Source of the DNA: Eledone cirrhosa
Taxonomy: Eukaryota
Assembly (NCBI GenBank): GCA_964016885.1
Contig: OZ024762.1
Coordinates: 30,008,001-30,072,000, forward strand
Length of the DNA stretch: 64,000 nucleotides
Direction: 5' to 3'
Made by a program: the position numbers and the translations under genes. The notes beneath the pieces were generated by a model, which was given only the letters and a program-made list of their open reading frames with translations, was not told where the DNA came from and did no database searches. Below are positions 42,901-58,100 of this stretch, in pieces; positions within the stretch are counted from its first letter, which is position 1; each line of letters opens with the position of its first letter.

Positions 42901-45900
42901 ATTAGCTGTCAGAAGTAACTCCACTGTTGGTGAGAATTCATTTAAGTCATGGTATTAGCTGTCAGAAGTAACTCCATTGTTGGTGAGAATTCATTTAAGT
43001 CATGGTACTAGCTGTCAGAAGTAACTCCACTGTTGGTGAGAATTCATTTAAGTTCATGGTATTAGCTGTCAGAAGGAACTCCACTGTTGGTGAGAATTCA
43101 TTTAAGTTCATGGTATTAGCTGTCAGAAGTAACTCCACTGTTGGTGAGAATTCATTTTAGTTCATGGTACTAGCTGTCAGAAGTAACTCCACTGTTGGTG
43201 AGAATTCATTTAAGTTCATGGTACTAGCTGTCAGAAGGAACTCCAATGTTGGTGAGAATTCATTTAAGTCATGGTACTAGCTGTCAGAAGTAACTCCACT
43301 GTTGGTGAGAATTCGTTTAAGTTCATGGTATTAGCTGTCAGAAGGAACTCCACTGTTGGTGAGAATTCAGTTAAGTTCATGGTATTAGTTGTCAGAAGTA
43401 ACTCCACTGTTGGTGAGAATTCATTTAAATCATGGTATTAGTTGTCAGAAGTAACTCCAATGTTGGTGAGAATTCATTTAAGTTCATGGTACTAGCTGTC
43501 AGAAGTAACTCCACTGTTGGTGAGAATTCATTTAAGTTCATGGTATTAGCTGTCAGAAGTAACTCCACTGTTGGTGAGAATTCATTTAAGTCATGGTATT
43601 AGCTGTCAGAAGTAACTCCATTGTTGGTGAGAATTCATTTAAGTCATGGTACTAGCTGTCAGAAGTAACTCCACTGTTGGTGAGAATTCATTTAAGTTCA
43701 TGGTATTAGCTGTCAGAAGGAACTCCACTGTTGGTGAGAATTCATTTAAGTTCATGGTATTAGCTGTCAGAAGTAACTCCACTGTTGGTGAGAATTCATT
43801 TAAGTTCATGGTATTAGCTGTCAGAAGTAACTCCACTGTTGGTGAGAATTCATTTAAGTTCATGGTACTAGCTGTCAGAAGTAACTCCACTGTTGGTGAG
43901 AATTCATTTAAGTTCATGGTATTAGCTGTCAGAAGTAACTCCACTGTTGGTGAGAATTCATTTAAGTCATGGTTTTAGCTATCAGAAGTAACTCCATTGT
44001 TGGTGAGAATTCATTTATGTCATGGTACTAGCTGTCAGAAGTAACTCCACTGTTGGTGAGAATTCATTTAAGTTCATGGTACTAGCTGTCAGAAGTAACT
44101 CCACTGTTGGTGAGAATTCAGTTAAGTTCATGGTATTAGTTGTCAGAAGTAACTCCACTGTTGGTGAGAATTCATTTAAATCATGGTATTAGTTGTCAGA
44201 AGTAACTCCAATGTTGGTGAGAATTCATTTAAGTTCATGGTACTAGCTGTCAGAAGTAACTCCACTGTTGGTGAGAATTCATTTAAGTTCATGGTATTAG
44301 CTGTCAGAAGTAACTCCACTGTTGGTGAGAATTCATTTAAGTCATGGTATTAGCTGTCAGAAGTAACTCCATTGTTGGTGAGAATTCATTTAAGTCATGG
44401 TACTAGCTGTCAGAAGTAACTCCACTGTTGGTGAGAATTCATTTAATTTCATGGTATTAGCTGTCAGAAGGAACTCCACTGTTGGTGAGAATTCATTTAA
44501 GTTCATGGTATTAGCTGTCAGAAGTAACTCCACTGTTGGTGAGAATTCATTTTAGTTCATGGTACTAGCTGTCAGAAGTAACTCCACTGTTGGTGAGAAT
44601 TCATTTAAGTTCATGGTATTAGCTGTCAGAAGTAACTCCACTGTTGGTGAGAATTCATTTAAGTTCATGGTACTAGCTGTCAGAAGTAACTCCACTGTTG
44701 GTGAGAATTCAGTTAAGTTCATGGTACTAGCTGTCAGAAGTAACTCCACTGTTGGTGAGAATTCAGTTAAGTTCATGGTATTAGCTGTCAGAAGGAACTC
44801 CACTGTTGGTGAGAATTCATTTAAGTTCATGGTATTAGCTGTCAGAAGTAACTCCACTGTTGGTGAGAATTCATTTAAGTTCATGGTACTAGCTGTCAGA
44901 AGTAACTCCACTGTTGGTGAGAATTCATTTAAGTTCATGGTACTAGCTGTCAGAAGTAACTCCACTGTTGGTGAGAATTCAGTTAAGTTCATGGTATTAG
45001 TTGTCAGAAGTAACTCCACTGTTGGTGAGAATTCATTTAAATCATGGTATTAGTTGTCAGAAGTAACTCCAATGTTGGTGAGAATTCATTTAAGTTCATG
45101 GTACTAGCTGTCAGAAGTAACTCCACTGTTGGTGAGAATTCATTTAAGTTCATGGTATTAGCTGTCAGAAGTAACTCCACTGTTGGTGAGAATTCATTTA
45201 AGTCATGGTATTAGCTGTCAGAAGTAACTCCATTGTTGGTGAGAATTCATTTAAGTCATGGTACTAGCTGTCAGAAGTAACTCCACTGTTGGTGAGAATT
45301 CATTTAAGTTCATGGTATTAGCTGTCAGAAGGAACTCCACTGTTGGTGAGAATTCATTTAAGTTCATGGTATTAGCTGTCAGAAGTAACTCCACTGTTGG
45401 TGAGAATTCATTTTAGTTCATGGTACTAGCTGTCAGAAGTAACTCCACTGTTGGTGAGAATTCATTTAAGTTCATGGTACTAGCTGTCAGAAGGAACTCC
45501 AATGTTGGTGAGAATTCATTTAAGTCATGGTACTAGCTGTCAGAAGTAACTCCACTGTTGGTGAGAATTCGTTTAAGTTCATGGTATTAGCTGTCAGAAG
45601 GAACTCCACTGTTGGTGAGAATTCAGTTAAGTTCATGGTATTAGTTGTCAGAAGTAACTCCACTGTTGGTGAGAATTCATTTAAATCATGGTATTAGTTG
45701 TCAGAAGTAACTCCAATGTTGGTGAGAATTCATTTAAGTCATGGTACTAGCTGTCAGAAGTAACTCCACTGTTGGTGAGAATTCATTTAAGTTCATGGTA
45801 TTAGCTGTCAGAAGGAACTCCACTGTTGGTGAGAATTCATTTAAGTTCATGGTATTAGCTGTCAGAAGTAACTCCACTGTTGGTGAGAATTCATTTAAGT

Positions 45901-48900
45901 TCATGGTATTAGCTGTCAGAAGTAACTCCACTGTTGGTGAGAATTCATTTAAGTTCATGGTACTAGCTGTCAGAAGTAACTCCACTGTTGGTGAGAATTC
46001 ATTTAAGTTCATGGTATTAGCTGTCAGAAGTAACTCCACTGTTGGTGAGAATACATTTAAGTCATGGTTTTAGCTATCAGAAGTAACTCCATTGTTGGTG
46101 AGAATTCATTTATGTCATGGTACTAGCTGTCAGAAGTAACTCCACTGTTGGTGAGAAATCATTTAAGTTCATGGTACTAGCTGTCAGAAGTAACTCCACT
46201 GTTGGTGAGAATTCAGTTAAGTTCATGGTATTAGTTGTCAGAAGTAACTCCACTGTTGGTGAGAATTCATTTAAATCATGGTATTAGTTGTCAGAAGTAA
46301 CTCCAATGTTGGTGAGAATTCATTTAAGTTCATGGTACTAGCTGTCAGAAGTAACTCCACTGTTGGTGAGAATTCATTTAAGTTCATGGTATTAGCTGTC
46401 AGAAGTAACTCCACTGTTGGTGAGAATTCATTTAAGTCATGGTATTAGCTGTCAGAAGTAACTCCATTGTTGGTGAGAATTCATTTAAGTCATGGTACTA
46501 GCTGTCAGAAGTAACTCCACTGTTGGTGAGAATTCATTTAATTTCATGGTATTAGCTGTCAGAAGGAACTCCACTGTTGGTGAGAATTCATTTAAGTTCA
46601 TGGTATTAGCTGTCAGAAGTAACTCCACTGTTGGTGAGAATTCATTTTAGTTCATGGTACTAGCTGTCAGAAGTAACTCCACTGTTGGTGAGAATTCATT
46701 TAAGTTCATGTTACTAGCTGTCAGAAGGAACTCCACTGTTGGTGAGAATTCATTTAAGTTCATGGTGCTAGCTGTCAGAAGTAACTCCGCTGTTGGTGAG
46801 AATTCATTTAAGTTCATGGTATTAGTTTGTCAGAAGTAACTCCACTGTTGGTGAGAATTCATTTAAGTCATGGTATTAGTTGTCAGAAGTAACTCCAATG
46901 TTGGTGAGAATTCATTTAAGTTCATGGTACTAGCTGTCAGAAGGAACTCCACTGTTGGTGAGAATTCATTTAAGTTCATGGTATTAGCTGTCAGAAGTAA
47001 CTCCACTGTTGGTGAGAATTCATTTAAGTCATGGTATTAGCTGTCAGAAGTAACTCCAATGTTGGTGAGAATTCATTTAAGTCATGGTACTAGCTGTCAG
47101 AAGTAACTCCAATGTTGGTGAGAATTCATTTAAGTTCATGTTATTAGCTGTCAGAAGGAACTCCACTGTTGGTGAGAATTCATTTAAGTTCATGGTATTA
47201 GCTGTCAGAAGTAACTCCACTGTTGGTGAGAATTCATTTAAGTTCATGGTACTAGCTGTCAGAAGTAACTCCACTGTTGGTGAGAATTCATTTAAGTTCA
47301 TGGTACTAGCTGTCAGAAGTAACTCCACTGTTGGTGAGAATTCATTTAAGTTCATGGTACTAGCTGTCAGAAGTAACTCCACTGTTGGTGAGAATTCATT
47401 TAAGTTCATGGTATTAGCTGTCAGAAGTAACTCCACTGTTGGTGAGAATTCATTTAAGTCATGGTATTAGCTGTCAGAAGTAACTCCATTGTTGGTGAGA
47501 ATTCATTTAAGTCATGGTACTAGCTGTCAGAAGTAACTCCACTGTTGGTGAGAATTCATTTAAGTTCATGGTATTAGCTGTCAGAAGGAACTCCACTGTT
47601 GGTGAGAATTCATTTAAGTTCATGGTATTAGCTGTCAGAAGTAACTCCACTGTTGGTGAGAATTCATTTTAGTTCATGGTACTAGCTGTCAGAAGTAACT
47701 CCACTGTTGGTGAGAATTCATTTAAGTTCATGGTACTAGCTGTCAGAAGGAACTCCAATGTTGGTGAGAATTCATTTAAGTCATGGTACTAGCTGTCAGA
47801 AGTAACTCCACTGTTGGTGAGAATTCGTTTAAGTTCATGGTATTAGCTGTCAGAAGGAACTCCACTGTTGGTGAGAATTCAGTTAAGTTCATGGTATTAG
47901 TTGTCAGAAGTAACTCCACTGTTGGTGAGAATTCATTTAAATCATGGTATTAGTTGTCAGAAGTAACTCCAATGTTGGTGAGAATTCATTTAAGTTCATG
48001 GTACTAGCTGTCAGAAGTAACTCCACTGTTGGTGAGAATTCATTTAAGTTCATGGTATTAGCTGTCAGAAGTAACTCCACTGTTGGTGAGAATTCATTTA
48101 AGTCATGGTATTAGCTGTCAGAAGTAACTCCATTGTTGGTGAGAATTCATTTAAGTCATGGTACTAGCTGTCAGAAGTAACTCCACTGTTGGTGAGAATT
48201 CATTTAAGTTCATGGTATTAGCTGTCAGAAGGAACTCCACTGTTGGTGAGAATTCATTTAAGTTCATGGTATTAGCTGTCAGAAGTAACTCCACTGTTGG
48301 TGAGAATTCATTTAAGTTCATGGTATTAGCTGTCAGAAGTAACTCCACTGTTGGTGAGAATTCATTTAAGTTCATGGTACTAGCTGTCAGAAGTAACTCC
48401 ACTGTTGGTGAGAATTCATTTAAGTTCATGGTATTAGCTGTCAGAAGTAACTCCACTGTTGGTGAGAATTCATTTAAGTCATGGTTTTAGCTATCAGAAG
48501 TAACTCCATTGTTGGTGAGAATTCATTTATGTCATGGTACTAGCTGTCAGAAGTAACTCCACTGTTGGTGAGAATTCATTTAAGTTCATGGTACTAGCTG
48601 TCAGAAGTAACTCCACTGTTGGTGAGAATTCAGTTAAGTTCATGGTATTAGTTGTCAGAAGTAACTCCACTGTTGGTGAGAATTCATTTAAATCATGGTA
48701 TTAGTTGTCAGAAGTAACTCCAATGTTGGTGAGAATTCATTTAAGTTCATGGTACTAGCTGTCAGAAGTAACTCCACTGTTGGTGAGAATTCATTTAAGT
48801 TCATGGTATTAGCTGTCAGAAGTAACTCCACTGTTGGTGAGAATTCATTTAAGTCATGGTATTAGCTGTCAGAAGTAACTCCATTGTTGGTGAGAATTCA

Positions 48901-49100
48901 TTTAAGTCATGGTACTAGCTGTCAGAAGTAACTCCACTGTTGGTGAGAATTCATTTAATTTCATGGTATTAGCTGTCAGAAGGAACTCCACTGTTGGTGA
49001 GAATTCATTTAAGTTCATGGTATTAGCTGTCAGAAGTAACTCCACTGTTGGTGAGAATTCATTTTAGTTCATGGTACTAGCTGTCAGAAGTAACTCCACT
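39920..49100. repeat. Tandem duplication of a ~4.67-kb block whose second copy lacks 3 monomers (161 bp) near 45720
   Basis: Offset 4673 before the deletion (ORF ends 40380/45053) and 4512 after it (41229/45741, 42142/46654, 42572/47084, 43646/48158). Confidence 0.8.
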
Positions 49101-52100
49101 GTTGGTGAGAATTCATTTAAGTTCATGTTACTAGCTGTCAGAAGGAACTCCACTGTTGGTGAGAATTCATTTAAGTTCATGGTGCTAGCTGTCAGAAGTA
49201 ACTCCGCTGTTGGTGAGAATTCATTTAAGTTCATGGTATTAGTTTGTCAGAAGTAACTCCACTGTTGGTGAGAATTCATTTAAGTCATGGTATTAGTTGT
49301 CAGAAGTAACTCCAATGTTGGTGAGAATTCATTTAAGTTCATGGTACTAGCTGTCAGAAGGAACTCCACTGTTGGTGAGAATTCATTTAAGTTCATGGTA
49401 TTAGCTGTCAGAAGTAACTCCACTGTTGGTGAGAATTCATTTAAGTCATGGTATTAGCTGTCAGAAGTAACTCCAATGTTGGTGAGAATTCATTTAAGTC
49501 ATGGTACTAGCTGTCAGAAGTAACTCCAATGTTGGTGAGAATTCATTTAAGTTCATGTTATTAGCTGTCAGAAGGAACTCCACTGTTGGTGAGAATTCAT
49601 TTAAGTTCATGGTATTAGCTGTCAGAAGTAACTCCACTGTCGGTGAGAATTCATTTAAGTTCATGGTACTAGCTGTCAGAAGTAACTCCACTGTTGGTGA
49701 GAATTCATTTAAGTTCATGGTACTAGCTGTCAGAAGTAACTCCACTGTTGGTGAGAATTCATTTAAGTTCATGGTACTAGCTGTCAGAAGTAACTCCACT
49801 GTTGGTGAGAATTCATTTAAGTTCATGGTACTAGCTGTCAGAAGTAACTCCACTGTTGGTGAGAATTCATTTAAGTTCATGGTATTAGCTGTCAGAAGTA
49901 ACTCCACTCTTGGTGAGAATTCATTTAAGTTCATGGTACTAGCTGTCAGAAGTAATCCCAAATGTTGGTGAGAATTCATTTAAGTTCATGGTATTAGCTG
50001 TCAGAAGTCACTCCAATGTTGGTGAGAATTCATTTAAGTTCATGGTATTAGCTGTCAGAAGTCACTCCACTGTTGGTGAGAATTCATTTAAGTTCATGGT
50101 ACTAGCTGTCAGAAGTAACCCCAATGTTGGTGAGAATTCATTTAAGTTCATGGTATTAGCTGTCAGAAGTCACTCCAATGTTGGTGAGAATTCATTTAAG
50201 TTCATGGTATTAGCTGTCAGAAGTAACTCCACTGTTGGTGAGAATTCATTTAAGTTCATGGTATTAGCTGTCAGAAGTAACTCCACTGTTGGTGAGAATT
50301 CATTTAATTTCATGGTATTAGCTGTCAGAAGGAACTCCAATGTTGGTGAGAATTCATTTAAGTCATGGTACTAGCTGTCAGAAGTAACTCCACTGTTGGT
50401 GAGAATTCATTTAAGTTCATGGTATTAGCTGTCAGAAGGAACGCCACTGTTGGTGAGAATTCATTTAAGTTCATGGTATTAGCTGTCAGAAGTAACTCCA
50501 CTGTTGGTGAGAATTCATTTAAGTTCATGGTACTAGCTGTCAGAAGTAACTCCAATGTTGGTGAGAATTCATTTAAGTTCATGGTATTAGCTGTCAGAAG
50601 GAACTCCACTGTTGGTGAGAATTCATTTAAGTTCATGGTATTAGTTGTCAGAAGTAACTCCACTGTTGGTGAGAATTCATTTAAGTTCATGGTATTAGTT
50701 GTCAGAAGTAACTCCAATGTTGGTGAGAATTCATTTAAGTTCATGGTACTAGCTGTCAGAAGTAACTCCACTGTTGGTGAGAGTTCATTTAAGTTCATGG
50801 TATTAGCTGTCAGAAGTAACTCCATTGTTGGTGAGAATTCATTTAAGTCATGGTACTAGCTGTCAGAAGTAACTCCACTGTTGGTGAGAATTCATTTAAG
50901 TTCATGGTATTAGCTGTCAGAAGGAACTCCACTGTTGGTGAGAATTCATTTTAGTTCATGGTACTAGCTGTCAGAAGTAACTCCACTGTTGGTGTGAATT
51001 CATTTAAGTTCATGTTACTAGCTGTCAGAAGGAACTCCACTGTTGGTGAGAATTCATTTAAGTTCATGGTGCTAGCTGTCAGAAGTAACTCCGCTGTTGG
51101 TGAGAATTCATTTAAGTTCATGGTATTAGTTTGTCAGAAGTAACTCCACTGTTGGTGAGAATTCATTTAAGTCATGGTATTAGCTGTCAGAAGTAACTCC
51201 ATTGTTGGTGAGAATTCATTTAAGTCATGGTACTAGCTGTCAGAAGTAACTCCACTGTTGGTGAGAATTCATTTAATTTCATGGTATTAGCTGTCAGAAG
51301 GAACTCCACTGTTGGTGAGAATTCATTTAAGTTCATGGTATTAGCTGTCAGAAGTAACTCCACTGTTGGTGAGAATTCATTTTAGTTCATGGTACTAGCT
51401 GTCAGAAGTAACTCCACTGTTGGTGAGAATTCATTTAAGTTCATGTTACTAGCTGTCAGAAGGAACTCCACTGTTGGTGAGAATTCATTTAAGTTCATGG
51501 TGCTAGCTGTCAGAAGTAACTCCGCTGTTGGTGAGAATTCATTTAAGTTCATGGTATTAGTTTGTCAGAAGTAACTCCACTGTTGGTGAGAATTCATTTA
51601 AGTCATGGTATTAGTTGTCAGAAGTAACTCCAATGTTGGTGAGAATTCATTTAAGTTCATGGTACTAGCTGTCAGAAGGAACTCCACTGTTGGTGAGAAT
51701 TCATTTAAGTTCATGGTATTAGCTGTCAGAAGTAACTCCACTGTTGGTGAGAATTCATTTAAGTCATGGTATTAGCTGTCAGAAGTAACTCCAATGTTGG
51801 TGAGAATTCATTTAAGTCATGGTACTAGCTGTCAGAAGTAACTCCAATGTTGGTGAGAATTCATTTAAGTTCATGTTATTAGCTGTCAGAAGGAACTCCA
51901 CTGTTGGTGAGAATTCATTTAAGTTCATGGTATTAGCTGTCAGAAGTAACTCCACTGTTGGTGAGAATTCATTTAAGTTCATGGTACTAGCTGTCAGAAG
52001 TAACTCCACTGTTGGTGAGAATTCATTTAAGTTCATGGTACTAGCTGTCAGAAGTAACTCCACTGTTGGTGAGAATTCATTTAAGTTCATGGTACTAGCT

Positions 52101-55100
52101 GTCAGAAGTAACTCCACTGTTGGTGAGAATTCATTTAAGTTCATGGTATTAGCTGTCAGAAGTAACTCCACTGTTGGTGAGAATTCATTTAAGTCATGGT
52201 ATTAGCTGTCAGAAGTAACTCCATTGTTGGTGAGAATTCATTTAAGTCATGGTACTAGCTGTCAGAAGTAACTCCACTGTTGGTGAGAATTCATTTAAGT
52301 TCATGGTATTAGCTGTCAGAAGGAACTCCACTGTTGGTGAGAATTCATTTAAGTTCATGGTATTAGCTGTCAGAAGTAACTCCACTGTTGGTGAGAATTC
52401 ATTTTAGTTCATGGTACTAGCTGTCAGAAGTAACTCCACTGTTGGTGAGAATTCATTTAAGTTCATGGTACTAGCTGTCAGAAGGAACTCCAATGTTGGT
52501 GAGAATTCATTTAAGTCATGGTACTAGCTGTCAGAAGTAACTCCACTGTTGGTGAGAATTCGTTTAAGTTCATGGTATTAGCTGTCAGAAGGAACTCCAC
52601 TGTTGGTGAGAATTCAGTTAAGTTCATGGTATTAGTTGTCAGAAGTAACTCCACTGTTGGTGAGAATTCATTTAAATCATGGTATTAGTTGTCAGAAGTA
52701 ACTCCAATGTTGGTGAGAATTCATTTAAGTTCATGGTACTAGCTGTCAGAAGTAACTCCACTGTTGGTGAGAATTCATTTAAGTTCATGGTATTAGCTGT
52801 CAGAAGTAACTCCACTGTTGGTGAGAATTCATTTAAGTCATGGTATTAGCTGTCAGAAGTAACTCCATTGTTGGTGAGAATTCATTTAAGTCATGGTACT
52901 AGCTGTCAGAAGTAACTCCACTGTTGGTGAGAATTCATTTAAGTTCATGGTATTAGCTGTCAGAAGGAACTCCACTGTTGGTGAGAATTCATTTAAGTTC
53001 ATGGTATTAGCTGTCAGAAGTAACTCCACTGTTGGTGAGAATTCATTTAAGTTCATGGTATTAGCTGTCAGAAGTAACTCCACTGTTGGTGAGAATTCAT
53101 TTAAGTTCATGGTACTAGCTGTCAGAAGTAACTCCACTGTTGGTGAGAATTCATTTAAGTTCATGGTATTAGCTGTCAGAAGTAACTCCACTGTTGGTGA
53201 GAATTCATTTAAGTCATGGTTTTAGCTATCAGAAGTAACTCCATTGTTGGTGAGAATTCATTTATGTCATGGTACTAGCTGTCAGAAGTAACTCCACTGT
53301 TGGTGAGAATTCATTTAAGTTCATGGTACTAGCTGTCAGAAGTAACTCCACTGTTGGTGAGAATTCAGTTAAGTTCATGGTATTAGTTGTCAGAAGTAAC
53401 TCCACTGTTGGTGAGAATTCATTTAAATCATGGTATTAGTTGTCAGAAGTAACTCCAATGTTGGTGAGAATTCATTTAAGTTCATGGTACTAGCTGTCAG
53501 AAGTAACTCCACTGTTGGTGAGAATTCATTTAAGTTCATGGTATTAGCTGTCAGAAGTAACTCCACTGTTGGTGAGAATTCATTTAAGTCATGGTATTAG
53601 CTGTCAGAAGTAACTCCATTGTTGGTGAGAATTCATTTAAGTCATGGTACTAGCTGTCAGAAGTAACTCCACTGTTGGTGAGAATTCATTTAATTTCATG
53701 GTATTAGCTGTCAGAAGGAACTCCACTGTTGGTGAGAATTCATTTAAGTTCATGGTATTAGCTGTCAGAAGTAACTCCACTGTTGGTGAGAATTCATTTT
53801 AGTTCATGGTACTAGCTGTCAGAAGTAACTCCACTGTTGGTGAGAATTCATTTAAGTTCATGTTACTAGCTGTCAGAAGGAACTCCACTGTTGGTGAGAA
53901 TTCATTTAAGTTCATGGTGCTAGCTGTCAGAAGTAACTCCGCTGTTGGTGAGAATTCATTTAAGTTCATGGTATTAGTTTGTCAGAAGTAACTCCACTGT
54001 TGGTGAGAATTCATTTAAGTCATGGTATTAGTTGTCAGAAGTAACTCCAATGTTGGTGAGAATTCATTTAAGTTCATGGTACTAGCTGTCAGAAGGAACT
54101 CCACTGTTGGTGAGAATTCATTTAAGTTCATGGTATTAGCTGTCAGAAGTAACTCCACTGTTGGTGAGAATTCATTTAAGTCATGGTATTAGCTGTCAGA
54201 AGTAACTCCAATGTTGGTGAGAATTCATTTAAGTCATGGTACTAGCTGTCAGAAGTAACTCCAATGTTGGTGAGAATTCATTTAAGTTCATGTTATTAGC
54301 TGTCAGAAGGAACTCCACTGTTGGTGAGAATTCATTTAAGTTCATGGTATTAGCTGTCAGAAGTAACTCCACTGTCGGTGAGAATTCATTTAAGTTCATG
54401 GTACTAGCTGTCAGAAGTAACTCCACTGTTGGTGAGAATTCATTTAAGTTCATGGTACTAGCTGTCAGAAGTAACTCCACTGTTGGTGAGAATTCATTTA
54501 AGTTCATGGTACTAGCTGTCAGAAGTAACTCCACTGTTGGTGAGAATTCATTTAAGTTCATGGTACTAGCTGTCAGAAGTAACTCCACTGTTGGTGAGAA
54601 TTCATTTAAGTTCATGGTATTAGCTGTCAGAAGTAACTCCACTCTTGGTGAGAATTCATTTAAGTTCATGGTACTAGCTGTCAGAAGTAATCCCAAATGT
54701 TGGTGAGAATTCATTTAAGTTCATGGTATTAGCTGTCAGAAGTCACTCCAATGTTGGTGAGAATTCATTTAAGTTCATGGTATTAGCTGTCAGAAGTCAC
54801 TCCACTGTTGGTGAGAATTCATTTAAGTTCATGGTACTAGCTGTCAGAAGTAACCCCAATGTTGGTGAGAATTCATTTAAGTTCATGGTATTAGCTGTCA
54901 GAAGTCACTCCAATGTTGGTGAGAATTCATTTAAGTTCATGGTATTAGCTGTCAGAAGTAACTCCACTGTTGGTGAGAATTCATTTAAGTTCATGGTATT
55001 AGCTGTCAGAAGTAACTCCACTGTTGGTGAGAATTCATTTAATTTCATGGTATTAGCTGTCAGAAGGAACTCCAATGTTGGTGAGAATTCATTTAAGTCA

Positions 55101-58100
55101 TGGTACTAGCTGTCAGAAGTAACTCCACTGTTGGTGAGAATTCATTTAAGTTCATGGTATTAGCTGTCAGAAGGAACGCCACTGTTGGTGAGAATTCATT
55201 TAAGTTCATGGTATTAGCTGTCAGAAGTAACTCCACTGTTGGTGAGAATTCATTTAAGTTCATGGTACTAGCTGTCAGAAGTAACTCCAATGTTGGTGAG
55301 AATTCATTTAAGTTCATGGTATTAGCTGTCAGAAGGAACTCCACTGTTGGTGAGAATTCATTTAAGTTCATGGTATTAGTTGTCAGAAGTAACTCCACTG
55401 TTGGTGAGAATTCATTTAAGTTCATGGTATTAGTTGTCAGAAGTAACTCCAATGTTGGTGAGAATTCATTTAAGTTCATGGTACTAGCTGTCAGAAGTAA
55501 CTCCACTGTTGGTGAGAGTTCATTTAAGTTCATGGTATTAGCTGTCAGAAGTAACTCCATTGTTGGTGAGAATTCATTTAAGTCATGGTACTAGCTGTCA
55601 GAAGTAACTCCACTGTTGGTGAGAATTCATTTAAGTTCATGGTATTAGCTGTCAGAAGGAACTCCACTGTTGGTGAGAATTCATTTTAGTTCATGGTACT
55701 AGCTGTCAGAAGTAACTCCACTGTTGGTGTGAATTCATTTAAGTTCATGTTACTAGCTGTCAGAAGGAACTCCACTGTTGGTGAGAATTCATTTAAGTTC
55801 ATGGTGCTAGCTGTCAGAAGTAACTCCGCTGTTGGTGAGAATTCATTTAAGTTCATGGTATTAGTTTGTCAGAAGTAACTCCACTGTTGGTGAGAATTCA
55901 TTTAAGTCATGGTATTAGTTGTCAGAAGTAACTCCAATGTTGGTGAGAATTCATTTAAGTTCATGGTACTAGCTGTCAGAAGGAACTCCACTGTTGGTGA
56001 GAATTCATTTAAGTTCATGGTATTAGCTGTCAGAAGTAACTCCACTGTTGGTGAGAATTCATTTAAGTCATGGTATTAGCTGTCAGAAGTAACTCCAATG
56101 TTGGTGAGAATTCATTTAAGTCATGGTACTAGCTGTCAGAAGTAACTCCAATGTTGGTGAGAATTCATTTAAGTTCATGTTATTAGCTGTCAGAAGGAAC
56201 TCCACTGTTGGTGAGAATTCATTTAAGTTCATGGTATTAGCTGTCAGAAGTAACTCCACTGTTGGTGAGAATTCATTTAAGTTCATGGTACTAGCTGTCA
56301 GAAGTAACTCCACTGTTGGTGAGAATTCATTTAAGTTCATGGTACTAGCTGTCAGAAGTAACTCCACTGTTGGTGAGAATTCATTTAAGTTCATGGTACT
56401 AGCTGTCAGAAGTAACTCCACTGTTGGTGAGAATTCATTTAAGTTCATGGTACTAGCTGTCAGAAGTAACTCCACTGTTGGTGAGAATTCATTTAAGTTC
56501 ATGGTATTAGCTGTCAGAAGTAACTCCACTGTTGGTGAGAATTCAGTTAAGTTCATGGTATTAGTTGTCAGAAGTAACTCCACTGTTGGTGAGAATTCAT
56601 TTAAATCATGGTATTAGTTGTCAGAAGTAACTCCAATGTTGGTGAGAATTCATTTAAGTTCATGGTACTAGCTGTCAGAAGTAACTCCACTGTTGGTGAG
56701 AATTCATTTAAGTTCATGGTATTAGCTGTCAGAAGTAACTCCACTGTTGGTGAGAATTCATTTAAGTCATGGTATTAGCTGTCAGAAGTAACTCCATTGT
56801 TGGTGAGAATTCATTTAAGTCATGGTACTAGCTGTCAGAAGTAACTCCACTGTTGGTGAGAATTCATTTAAGTTCATGGTATTAGCTGTCAGAAGGAACT
56901 CCACTGTTGGTGAGAATTCATTTAAGTTCATGGTATTAGCTGTCAGAAGTAACTCCACTGTTGGTGAGAATTCATTTTAGTTCATGGTACTAGCTGTCAG
57001 AAGTAACTCCACTGTTGGTGAGAATTCATTTAAGTTCATGGTACTAGCTGTCAGAAGGAACTCCAATGTTGGTGAGAATTCATTTAAGTCATGGTACTAG
57101 CTGTCAGAAGTAACTCCACTGTTGGTGAGAATTCGTTTAAGTTCATGGTATTAGCTGTCAGAAGGAACTCCACTGTTGGTGAGAATTCAGTTAAGTTCAT
57201 GGTATTAGTTGTCAGAAGTAACTCCACTGTTGGTGAGAATTCATTTAAATCATGGTATTAGTTGTCAGAAGTAACTCCAATGTTGGTGAGAATTCATTTA
57301 AGTTCATGGTACTAGCTGTCAGAAGTAACTCCACTGTTGGTGAGAATTCATTTAAGTTCATGGTATTAGCTGTCAGAAGTAACTCCACTGTTGGTGAGAA
57401 TTCATTTAAGTCATGGTATTAGCTGTCAGAAGTAACTCCATTGTTGGTGAGAATTCATTTAAGTCATGGTACTAGCTGTCAGACGTAACTCCACTGTTGG
57501 TGAGAATTCATTTAAGTTCATGGTATTAGCTGTCAGAAGGAACTCCACTGTTGGTGAGAATTCATTTAAGTTCATGGTATTAGCTGTCAGAAGTAACTCC
57601 ACTGTTGGTGAGAATTCATTTAAGTTCATGGTATTAGCTGTCAGAAGTAACTCCACTGTTGGTGAGAATTCATTTAAGTTCATGGTACTAGCTGTCAGAA
57701 GTAACTCCACTGTTGGTGAGAATTCATTTAAGTTCATGGTATTAGCTGTCAGAAGTAACTCCACTGTTGGTGAGAATACATTTAAGTCATGGTTTTAGCT
57801 ATCAGAAGTAACTCCATTGTTGGTGAGAATTCATTTATGTCATGGTACTAGCTGTCAGAAGTAACTCCACTGTTGGTGAGAATTCATTTAAGTTCATGGT
57901 ACTAGCTGTCAGAAGTAACTCCACTGTTGGTGAGAATTCAGTTAAGTTCATGGTATTAGTTGTCAGAAGTAACTCCACTGTTGGTGAGAATTCATTTAAA
58001 TCATGGTATTAGTTGTCAGAAGTAACTCCAATGTTGGTGAGAATTCATTTAAGTTCATGGTACTAGCTGTCAGAAGTAACTCCACTGTTGGTGAGAATTC

